Below are positions 38,341-48,359 of a stretch of DNA of 64,000 nt, piece by piece. Position 1 is the first letter of the stretch, and each line of letters starts with the position of its first letter. The stretch spans positions 5,184,001-5,248,000 of the forward strand of contig CH464491.1 of NCBI GenBank assembly GCA_000002445.1. Direction: 5' to 3'. The notes under the pieces were generated by a model. It searched no databases, was not told where the DNA came from, and saw only the letters and a list, made by a program, of their open reading frames with translations. A program made the translations under genes and the position numbers. The DNA comes from Trypanosoma brucei (taxonomy: Eukaryota).

Positions 38341-38904
38341 GGCTAGAGAAATTAGTTTGCCAGTCTTTCCCTCACGATTCTTGGCTTGCCTTTTCTAGTT
38401 CTTGTGTCAACTCCTTTTTCAACTCACATTTGTCTCTGACACCGTTAAAAACACACCTCTGACAGTTGAGCGGCTTTAGACGTCTGGCGCCAGCCACAGA
38501 TTGTGCCACTGAGGGTTAATTGCTTATTGTCATAATCTGCTGGTGACGAATATTTCCCTATTTCCTTAATTTTCCCTTTAAAAGGAAATCGTTCTGCGCA
38601 ACGAAATTGCCGCGTGCCAGCTTTAAAAAGAACAGCGTGCAGCGCCTTCGCCTACGTACAAGAGTTTTTTAAAAAACAAATTAAGCACCGCTTCACGTGC
38701 GGAAGGCAAATAAGCGTTAGGGTCCGCGTCAAGAAAGAGCCGCTGCATTACATTAAAGGCATGGCAAATTACAAAAAATACCAAAAAAAAAGGAAAATTA
38801 AAACCTTTAAAAAACTCAATAGATAAAAGGGGAATTTTTGAGCCATCAACAAAAAATTTACAGAATCAGAATTTTTACAAACAAACAAAAAATCTCCGCT
38901 GAAT

Positions 38905-38920
38905 TTAGGTGTTAAAATAT
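38905..38920 (-). promoter_or_regulatory. VSG 3'UTR conserved 16-mer, exact match
   Basis: gtgttaaaatatatca on plus, 39 bp downstream of the stop of the VSG at 38959-40488. Confidence 0.7.
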
Positions 38921-38958
38921 ATCAAACAGCAAATTTTTTACGTATAGGGGAAATTCTT

Positions 38959-40488
38959 TTAGAAAACCATGGCCACAAATGCAGAAACAATCATGGCGAA
39001 TTGTTTGTTTGCTATAATAGAGGAATTTTTGCACTCTTTTCCATCCCATTTACAGTCAGGAGATTTGAAATCTTTCTCCGGTTTCCATTTACATTTATTT
39101 TCTGTTGTTTTAGCCGGTCCTTTTTGAGGTTGTGTTACAGGGACACCATTTGCTGTGGCTTTCGTTGCATTATATTTGCACCTTTTTGTACCATCGCTTT
39201 CTTTTTCATAACTGCATTCATTTTCTTTGTTGCATGTCTCTTCCGTAACTATTTGATTGCATTTGTTAGTCGGCTGAGTCCCCTGGTCGCCTTTGCGGTT
39301 GACATTGTCGCTGCTTGTCTGACCGGCTGTTGGAGGTGCGGTCTTCTGTAGCAGTGCTGCCGCATAGGCTTTATTTTTGGCCACAGCAAGTTGCTGTTCG
39401 AGTGCCGTCGCTTCTGCGATTGCTTTTTCTTGCTGGCGCAGATCGTCGTGGAGAGCTAGCAACTTCTGGGCCCAGGGGATCGCCGCAAAATCCTTGGTGG
39501 GCGTCCCGTCATAGCCAGCGTACTTTATGCATATTCCTTGTGTTTTGTCGCCGTTGCAGCTGCTTCCTGTTTTGAGAGCCCCCATGTAGGCGTTGGCGCC
39601 TACTCTTCTTATTAGGTTTTTGATCTTGGTTATGAGACCCATTAATAGGCTGGATGTTAGGTGCGTTTTTGCTGGGCCGGCGCAGTGCTTTACTATTTCC
39701 TCGAATCCGTCCTTGGTCATGGCGTTGGTGATCGATGTCCACTTGTGAGTATCTGCCTGGTTTCTTGCGCACACTTTTTCTGCTTGGGCGTTGTCTTGGC
39801 CGCAGATACAGTAAATAGCGCCTGCGATTGTTGTTGTTTTAGCTTCGCTGCCTAGCCCGACGCAGATCGCTTCCCTTGCTTGTGTGTTCAGACCGTCATA
39901 GTTTCTCGTTGGCTCAAAGTCTGGTGGTGCCTCTTGTTTGACGCCGTATATAGCTTCGTTTAGCGCCGCTTTAACGGTGGCCGCTGTATGCTTTTTGCCT
40001 ACGTTCTCTTTTTCGGCGATTTGTTGTGTTAGGAATTGTGCTTCTGCTGCTATTTGTGCTACACTTGCTTTGGCCCCTGCCCTTTCTATTGGGTTTAAGG
40101 TTTCGAAGCCGCTGCTTTTTATCTCTGCTGCCGTTCCTTGGTCGGCTAACCTGGCCGCGGCGGCGGCCCACTTTGGCCAACTTTTTTTCCAGTGGCCAGG
40201 GTCTGCTGTGCCTGCCGGAAGCTCTTTTATCCACTCTTTTTTCGCCCCGTCCTTACTGAACCGCTTCTGCCACGACTCATCTGCTAAGCTCATGTTAAGG
40301 GCTAGAACGGCCCCTTCTAGGGCAGCTGTCTGATCCGGAAATTGGTTAATGGTTATGTCCGATCGTGAAAGATCGACAATAGCGCACAATGCACCAAATT
40401 CCTGCTCGTTTGCTCCTGCCGGTATGTTGCCTCTTGCTTGCTCTGCCGTTAGTGCTAAGGCCAGCAGCGCCGTCGCTTGGGGCGTCAT
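38959..40488 (-). CDS. Variant surface glycoprotein (VSG), apparently intact, 509 aa
   Basis: ATG at 40488 with signal MTPQATALLALALTAEQARG. A-type motif EQEFGALCAIVDLS. C-terminus CKWDGKECKNSSIIANKQFAMIVSAFVAMVF*. Confidence 0.85.
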   Translation of the reverse strand: MTPQATALLALALTAEQARGNIPAGANEQEFGALCAIVDLSRSDITINQFPDQTAALEGAVLALNMSLADESWQKRFSKDGAKKEWIKELPAGTADPGHWKKSWPKWAAAAARLADQGTAAEIKSSGFETLNPIERAGAKASVAQIAAEAQFLTQQIAEKENVGKKHTAATVKAALNEAIYGVKQEAPPDFEPTRNYDGLNTQAREAICVGLGSEAKTTTIAGAIYCICGQDNAQAEKVCARNQADTHKWTSITNAMTKDGFEEIVKHCAGPAKTHLTSSLLMGLITKIKNLIRRVGANAYMGALKTGSSCNGDKTQGICIKYAGYDGTPTKDFAAIPWAQKLLALHDDLRQQEKAIAEATALEQQLAVAKNKAYAAALLQKTAPPTAGQTSSDNVNRKGDQGTQPTNKCNQIVTEETCNKENECSYEKESDGTKRCKYNATKATANGVPVTQPQKGPAKTTENKCKWKPEKDFKSPDCKWDGKECKNSSIIANKQFAMIVSAFVAMVF

Positions 40489-41467
40489 TTAGGCTTTCGT
40501 TTTTTGTTTTACCTGCTTTACAGTTGTCCTCGGCGTAGTTGTTCGCCGCTATACTTGGTTAAAAGTTGTTTACTGCCGCTTGCAGGTGCTTTCACCGGAA
40601 CTTTCTTGTGCAATCTACGAAACACAGAAGAAAAGCAATTATGATTGGTCGTGTTTTTAGCTACAAGCCCTATTTAGAGCATCCTGTTCCAAAGCCGTAT
40701 GAAGTTGTTGGTCTGCCATGTCAAATGGCATTTTGGTATCTGCTTAGCTGAAGTTAGTGGCTCGCGTGGTGTTGTCGTCTATGGTCTGGTCGTTGCCGTC
40801 CGCCGCGGTGTTAAGGTGTGTGTGCGGTCCTGCTACGGTGTCTTGTGTTGTTACTTGTATGCACTCGTTTCGAAATGACGATAAATAGTCGGTGGTTACG
40901 TTCCTTCTTATTTTAGTAGTTGTTACTGTCCTTGGGTTTGTGTCTGACACAGTCAGAAAACATCTTTGTCACCTTTTCCCCATCTACAATGTTCCATTCT
41001 CATACCATTAAAAAAAACCACATTCAATCTATCTGTCGCCACAGACTTAGTCTTGTCGATTAAGATAGGAACTTGCCATAAATTTAAAACCCCATTCGGA
41101 ACAATTATCGATAGAGTAGCACATATTCATTTTTGTGGGAAATGTGGTGTAAAATCTCCTCTTCCTATATCATTTTTTACGTGATGAGCTACTACGTATT
41201 CTGTAGTTTTACTCTGTATTTTCTTCCCCTTTTTTCAATCTCTGTCGCTACTTGTACGAATGACATAAAAAAATTATTTAGACTGTTTACTGCATTCTGT
41301 CTATCCATATTGGCCAATCAATTATCTTCTCGTATAATGATTCCCATTGTCACGCTCATTTATGTAAATACTCACGTTCCATCTTCCTCATTATTTAACT
41401 TATGTTACACTATTCCCATTGTTTTAAGTTCTTATATTTTTCTCATCCACTTAGTTTTCGGTGCCAT

Positions 41468-41535
41468 AATCATTATAATATTCGTATATACACTCCAAAA
41501 ACTCCCCTATTATTATCATCACCTTTATTACTATA
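41468..41535. repeat. 70-bp repeat (single unit) upstream of the VSG at 38959-40488
   Basis: cattataatattcgtatatacactccaaaaactcccctattattatcatc. Confidence 0.65.
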
Positions 41536-41823
41536 AATTATAACCGTACCAAGTACCCATAAAGTAAACAAAATAAAGCAAATTGAAAAATTTCCTAGTG
41601 ACACCAATTTTTCATACGTTATCACCCTACAAAGTTTTATCCATAGACCACAGTCATACAAAAAATTAAAAATTTTCAAATTCTCTATATTTACACATTT
41701 TATCAAAAAGTTTTAGAATGTATCAAATCGTATTAAATTTATTTATTTTTATCATAATAGCAAAATTTTGTAAATTTCACAAAATGGAACAAAAACCTTT
41801 TACCAACAATTCTTAAAATTTGA

Positions 41824-43216
41824 TTATTTAATAAAAACTGCAAGCAAAAGAGGGGCCTTGTGAATGACAAATGAATTGCTTCCTGTGGTATTTGTGGTTC
41901 CAGTTTTTTTGTTTTCTCCCACTATTTTTCTTAGGTTTACAAGTTTCTTGTGTTTTTTCCCATCCACACTCTCCTGTGCACGCATCACCCTTTTTGTCAC
42001 TGCATCCTTGGACGCCTTTGAGAGACGGTTCGCCGCTCGCTTGTGGGTCTGTTTCTATCGCCAGTCTTTTGAGTGTCTCCCTTGCTAAAGCGTCAGCAAG
42101 GTCGGTGAAAGTTTCTACGCTTGTCAGCGGCTCTGTCTTTTTTTTGCCGTCGGCGGAGATTTCGGTTTGTTTATTTCCTGGGGTCTCATACACTACTTTG
42201 TTGAAGTTTTTGCCGCCTTCGCCGTATGCTGTGGTGAGCGCCTTCTCTAAGGTTTCGGCCGGGCTTGTCTTCTTTTTTTCGTTGCCCTGTTTTTGCAATA
42301 GGGTCTTTATTGCTAGCCGCTTGAACAGTCCTGTTCCTGCTATGGTACTGTAGTCTGTAATCTTTGCTTCACACGATGTGCTCGTGTCCACTTCTTTTAG
42401 CTTCCTGAGAGCAGCGTTTAGGTTTGTTATATTATCATCAAGAAGCGCAATTTCGTTGCCAAAATCCGCGCTCCTGGTATGCGTGTTTGAATGCCAGGCG
42501 CCTGTTGTGTCTGCTACGGTGGCTGTCGTATGTGTTACGTCAATTTCAATCCAGCCGCCGTTTCTGATCGCTGCGTTATGACAGGTCTTTGGCGACGTGA
42601 CTGACGAACACTTTATTTGCGTCTTCGTCTTTAGCTTGAACTCCTTTATGTCCGGTTCGTCGCCGGCCGTTGTGTCTGTTATGTCGGCTCCCCTCTCTTC
42701 TTCTGTTGGGCCGTCGCAATTGCTTTTATCTACTTTGCCCAGTGTCTTGGTCTTTGCTGCATTTTCTTTAAAGTAGCCACTGCCGTCCGCTGTCAGCTTC
42801 AGTTGAGAAGTCGCTTTCACAAAATGTTGCATTATGGAGTAAGTTTTTCCGACCTTGGCGGCGATCCGTGCTTCCGTGTCAAATTTTTTTTGGGCGTCGT
42901 CCAGTTTTGCCTTGCATTGATCCAAGATGTCTCCGGCTGCCCCTATTACTGGCACCGCTGCTTTAGCAAGAGTCCTGTCGCCGCTTAACGTTGCTATTTG
43001 AAGTTTTAACAGTTGTTTCAAATTATCTTCTGAATTCTGTCGGGCGCTTGCTATGCGTATGTCGTAGTATTTTATTATTTTTTCCAGTCGTTCTTTGCAA
43101 TCGCATGGAGTTGAGCAGGCACCGTTTGTTTTCGCTTCGCTTATGTTTACCTGTACTAGTGTTATCAATATCCATAGCGACACCTCACCTTTATTGATGT
43201 TTCTCTTCACTCTCAT
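41824..43216 (-). pseudogene. VSG with intact 462-aa ORF (41828-43216) and frameshifted Asn-type GPI tail
   Basis: ATG at 43216 (MRVKRNINKGEVSLWILITLVQVNISEA). The tail KKTGTTNTTGSNSFVIHKAPLLLAVFIK* is in another frame ending at ~41824. Confidence 0.7.
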
Positions 43217-44349
43217 TGTTCTCGCTATATTTTAGTGTATGTCTGCTATTTTATCCTGTAGGTGTAATCTGCATAGTTTTTCGTAGTGAAAGGACACATT
43301 TTAGTTGGTCTCCAGGATGTGCGTTACACGCCTACTGTTAGTGTTACCTTATCGCTGTCGCAAAAGATTATACTTTTCGACATCGGTATGAATCTTTTGC
43401 TGTGCTGGGCTAGTCTACTGTACACTCCCTCTCCTTTTGCCGTCGGACAGGTCCTTCGGGCACAAAAAGGGCAGAAGGGAACCCCCATTTTGTTCCAGTT
43501 CAACGCCACATTGATCAGCTATTGAACTCCTGTTTTCGCAGCAGTCTGCCGGCGGTGACTCCGCTGGTTGAAGCAGTGGCTACCATATCTGCTGTTCTTT
43601 ATTCTAGGTTTTGTTTTTTCCAAGCTGTTCGACAATAAGTTGTGCGGAAATGAAGAGCTTTCACTGCGAGTAACAGAACCATTAGGACAATTGCCTTGAT
43701 GAACCTCTAGAATGTCTCGTTTGACTGTGTGTAGTATGCTCACTGAATTATATTCCTTTGAAAGTTGCCGCACTTCAATTCCTAATTTACGCAGTTTAAT
43801 AAAATTATAACGAACTTATCAGCATAATCTATTGAAATCCTCTAGTTATGCCAGCGTTCACACAGAAAATAAATGCATGACGCTTCTACATAAATATTGC
43901 TGATTTTTGTCATTAATGTATAGCGGAATGTCCACCATCAAAAAAAAGCTACAGTAGACGTCATCATTTCTGCAGTATAATTTATTCTTTTTCCTTTAAA
44001 TACGTGACATAACTGGCTCCCTTTATATCTTTTCCCCCTGTTACTCACTGTATTTTTAGGTGCTCTTTCATTTAATTTCGCATTTTTGTCCCTTGTCTTA
44101 TTCTGTTGAATCTGCAGATCATATAGCGAGTCCATCTATCCAGGGCACTGCATTACGTCTTTTCAGAATGTTCTCTCTGTCATCTCTTTGTATATAATGA
44201 TGTCTATTGTCATTTCTGTGGTTAAAGCTGCGCATATTACACCACCACTTTCTCCTTATTGTCTGTCAATCCCACTCACTTACTCTCATTTCCCCATTTC
44301 ATTTATTTAACTTTTACTATTTCAACAGTGCGTTTAGCATTTAGCATAA

Positions 44350-44555
44350 CTCTTATTATAATATTCGTATATACATACTCACAACACTCTCCTGTTATTA
44401 TTATTATTATCGTTATCATTATTATTATTACTGCTCTCATTATAATATTCGTATATGCAGACTCACAACACTCTCCTGTTATTATCATTATTATCGTTAT
44501 CATTATTATTATTACTGCTCTTATTATCAAATTAGTATACACGCACCTAGAACAC
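44350..44555. repeat. 70-bp repeats (about 3 units) upstream of the VSG at 41824-43216
   Basis: Tandem units of cttattataatattcgtatata(c/g)a(t/g)actcacaacactctcctgttatta... Confidence 0.8.
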
Positions 44556-44890
44556 AGCCCCACAAGCACGATAATTTTAGACGTTATTGTTGTTTATATA
44601 AGTATAGCGACCCTCTCTATCCTTATTATACTGCTATTACTATTATTATTTTGAATCTAGCTAATATCCATTGAAGAAGAAAATAAAAAAATAGAGAAAA
44701 TCATAATGGCACACATTTTATCCTTTCATCTTATTTCTTTACATCAATGCGTCACTTTTAACATATTTTACTCATTTGTACCGATTTAAACAATAAAAAA
44801 TGTTTAACTATATCATATTTCTGTAAAATCTAGAAACTTTTCTCAAAAATTTAAAATTTCATAGTTTTCCTTAAATTAAACAATAATCAC

Positions 44891-46339
44891 TTAGAAACCT
44901 AGCAATATAAACAAATCCGCAAGCAAAAGAGGGGCCTCATTAATGACAAATGAGTTGTTTCCTGTGGTATTTGTAGGTTTGGCATCATTTTCCGCTTTCA
45001 CTCCCTCTTTAAGTTTGCATTTGCCATCGCTGTGTTCGCAATCTTTATCTGCTGTACATTTACTTTTTTCTGTTTCTTCTTGGCATTTTTCTGGTGTTGG
45101 TTTAGCTTGTAGGGATGTTTCTTTGCACTCTTTGCTTGTTGGAGCTGTATATCCACTTGCTCCAATTGCTATTGTTATATGATCACTAGTTGTGATAGCG
45201 GTAATCTTGCCTTTGAAGTCTTTGCTTCCTATACTGCAAGAAAAATCAGGTTCTCTTATTTTATTCCATACCTTTTCTTTAAAGTCGCTTTCTTCTTTGC
45301 CGTAGTTTGATTCGATAAAGGTATTGATTACTTTCTGCTGCTCTTTGCTGTCCGTGTCGTATTTTTCGTTCGGGCCTTTTACGACTGCTAGTACACTGCG
45401 CCGTAGTGGCTCATTCGTTTGTGTCGTGGCCGCTTTGTCTAGGCTTGTGTACGTTGCTTTGCAGGGCTTGTTTAGGTTGAAGTTGTATAGACGCCAGTTA
45501 AGGTGGCGCTTGTGGGCTTTGAGATACGTTTTCCCGTTTTCTTCCTCGCTTGCCTTCTCTGGTTGGCTGTGGGCTGATGCTTGCATATCGATCGTGTCTC
45601 TTGTGTCTTCTTCGAGAAATTTCTTGCTTTGAGTCTTGGTTTTGTGCCTTGCCGCTTGTGCCGTGCACGCTTTCCCCTGGCCGTCGCAGTGCCCTAGGCA
45701 AATCTGCCGGTTGCCAGGTGTCGAGTGTTCTTTTAGTTTGAAGAGGGTTAGCGTCTTGAGTGCTGATATGGCTACACCCGTTGCTGCTTTTGCTATGCTG
45801 CCGGCTTCTTTGTTAGTGCACGTATCTCCGTGTATTGTCTCGAATGTCGCCGTATCTTGTACCTTTCCGCCGGCGCTTAACGTGCTTGCTGCCGTTCCTG
45901 CAGACGAAGCCGTTGTAATTTCTGCTAGTTCTGCCACTGCCCAGTTTCTGCCTGCTTGGATATTGGCTGAGCGTGCCGCGTCGGCCGCCGCTTTGTTGCA
46001 TGTTGCGAGTCTTGAAATCAGCTTCTGCTGCTCCGCTAGTACTAGGCCTATCAGCGGGGTCAACGCAGTTGGTTTCGTGTTCCATTGAGGCAGTGCTAGT
46101 GCCGTTTCTAGTTGAAGCAGGTCTGCGTTGGCTTTTGATATTTCGTTGATGAGTTCGCTCCGTTGTTCGTCTATCGAATTTGCTAGCTGCATTATGTAAA
46201 CCGCGGCACTGCAGGCATCTCCCTGTTTGGCTTCTTGGGTGCTTTCTGCGCTGCCGTGTCTTATAATTAGTTGTGCCACCGCTGTGGCTATTAGTAAGGC
46301 TTTTGGCACACTTCGGTTGTCGCTTGCGCGTTGCAGCAT
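44891..46339 (-). CDS. Variant surface glycoprotein (VSG), apparently intact, 482 aa
   Basis: ATG at 46339 with signal-like ALLIATAVAQLIIRHGSAES. Asn-type tail ...KPTNTTGNNSFVINEAPLLLADLFILLGF*. The Asp in the hydrophobic tail is slightly atypical. Confidence 0.75.
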   Translation of the reverse strand: MLQRASDNRSVPKALLIATAVAQLIIRHGSAESTQEAKQGDACSAAVYIMQLANSIDEQRSELINEISKANADLLQLETALALPQWNTKPTALTPLIGLVLAEQQKLISRLATCNKAAADAARSANIQAGRNWAVAELAEITTASSAGTAASTLSAGGKVQDTATFETIHGDTCTNKEAGSIAKAATGVAISALKTLTLFKLKEHSTPGNRQICLGHCDGQGKACTAQAARHKTKTQSKKFLEEDTRDTIDMQASAHSQPEKASEEENGKTYLKAHKRHLNWRLYNFNLNKPCKATYTSLDKAATTQTNEPLRRSVLAVVKGPNEKYDTDSKEQQKVINTFIESNYGKEESDFKEKVWNKIREPDFSCSIGSKDFKGKITAITTSDHITIAIGASGYTAPTSKECKETSLQAKPTPEKCQEETEKSKCTADKDCEHSDGKCKLKEGVKAENDAKPTNTTGNNSFVINEAPLLLADLFILLGF

Positions 46340-47974
46340 CGTTGCTTCTTCCTAGTGATATAATTTTAGAGGGCAGAGTTCGTTGCTTTGTTTTTTGTTG
46401 TCAAGTCGCCATCGCTTGTGCAGCAACTTTCGTACTGCCGTTTGTCAGGTGAGTTCTTTTGCTCACTGACTGTTTGGTTTGTAATGGTCTGATTCAGTTT
46501 GTTTTTTTCGGTTCCTCTGTCGTCAACTTCACGCACAGCAGTGGTCGTCGTTATGCACTGCCACCGCTGGATGCAGTCACGGTCTGTGAAACAGTGCAGT
46601 GCAGTGCATACAGGTGCCGTTGTTGCCGCCTCAACAAGTATTCAGTGCAGTTTCCGCTGGATCTTCACCACCTGACTTCCAAAAAAAAAATTGTTTTGTT
46701 CCAAGGTGATCTTGCGTCGTGAGTTGAGTTGTTGCAATATCCTCTAACAAAACAATTTTGGCTTAACTACAGTTACGTTCCGTGGGGCGGTATTGCTTAT
46801 TGATGTCTGTTTGCTTTTGATTGGATTTCAACCGCTTCTCCGCGCTTGATCTAGTAAAAAGATGCTGAGCAAGGTCTTTTCGGTCGTTTATTTTGGTAAA
46901 TATGATGACGGGCGACGGGAGTCGCTGCATTATTAATGGTCTTGTCGGCCTGATGGAGCGCGTACCGCCGAGGTAGCGGAGGTTTTAGAAAGTTTATAGT
47001 CACGTCTTTTCCACGGGTTTTATTTGCTGTTTTTTTAGCTTCGAATCGACATTGCCACCGCGTTATGCTGGGAGTCTGTCTCTCCGTGACGTTCTCTGTT
47101 TGTTTCGTTTCATTGCCATCTAAAGTCGAAAATGCCGTTGGTCATTCTATCCGATTCTATCTTATCCTCTTTTTAAAATTCTGCTGTAATTTTTTATAAT
47201 CCAATTTCGAAGCGCCTACGTGTTCCACTGTTAGTTTTATTCTCTAAGTTTTGAGCGCTGTTTTGAGTGCTGTGTTTGTTGGAGAAGTTGCCAAAAAACA
47301 CGCAGTTTAACGCAAATAGTCTCCACATTTAACTCTAAAAATATACCTTTTAACACTTGTATTTAGAACACTTAATATCCCCGTAGTTAGTGGTAGCATC
47401 CTCATTGTAGTGCCAGAGTTTAGTACAGAAAAAAATTTAATTTTCTGCGGAAGCTAACTGTTATCACATGAACACTGGCATATCAGCCACAGTAAGTGAT
47501 ATCTGTTGTTCCAGCGCAAGTGCACTTGTGGATGTTGAACATATTTATATGTATGCAGTGCAAATGAATCCGCTAATAAGTTTCTACTTCATGTTCCGCT
47601 TTTGAGTACTCTGTCCAGGGGGAACCCATCGAAGTCGTATACACGCCATTAGCCGTATAGCTAGTGGTGAATTTACAGGGTGATATGCCACAGTGGATAT
47701 AGGAAGGGATAGCGGGCTGCACTGGAGACCGTCCCTTTAGACCAACGTGTGAATCATGGTCGCCATGTACTGGAGAACTGGGTTGAAAATAATATTCACT
47801 TAAGAGGGTTTTAGTCGGCAGTGGCTCGTTCTCGAAGGCTGATTCCAACAGCCTTATGTCATGTGTCATGGCGTTCATAAATGCATTTCTTCCTCTTCGC
47901 TGGAATATGGTGGCCACGATGGTCATCAATCTGCACCTTGAAAAAGATTTTCCAGTCGTGCTGCAACAGCACTG

Positions 47975-48045
47975 ACACTATAATAATAGTATATACACGC
48001 ACACGACACTCTCCTATTATTATTATTTTCATTATCATAACTATT
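47975..48045. repeat. 70-bp repeat upstream of the VSG at 44891-46339
   Basis: tataataatagtatatacacgcacacgacactctcctattatta, near-identical to the unit at 33300-33345. Confidence 0.7.
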
Positions 48046-48255
48046 ACTGATATCCATAAAAAAACAAAATAAACTAGTTTATAATAGTGCTCAATTTTCA
48101 TACCCTCTTACTTTGTAGCTTTAAGCCACTTTCTTACTCATTTACAAATTTTTACATTTTCATTAAAAAATGTTAAAGTACTTCACATTTTAGAATTTTT
48201 ATAAATTTCTCTGAAAATAGCAAATTTGAGAATATTATAAAAATTTTCATTAACT

Positions 48256-48351
48256 TTAAAACACCAAGGCCACAAAAGTAGCATCCATACTCAGAAACAA
48301 TTTCTTATGGACCAGGAAACTGGAATCCTGGCGCTTGCCTTCAATCCAACC
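48256..48351 (-). pseudogene. VSG C-terminal tip (fragment C) abutting the ingi 5' end; 3'UTR at 48060-48255
   Basis: Encodes ...KDSSFLVHKKLFLSMDATFVALVF*. The sequence immediately upstream on the VSG strand is ingi. Confidence 0.65.
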
Positions 48352-48359
48352 CCCTGGCG

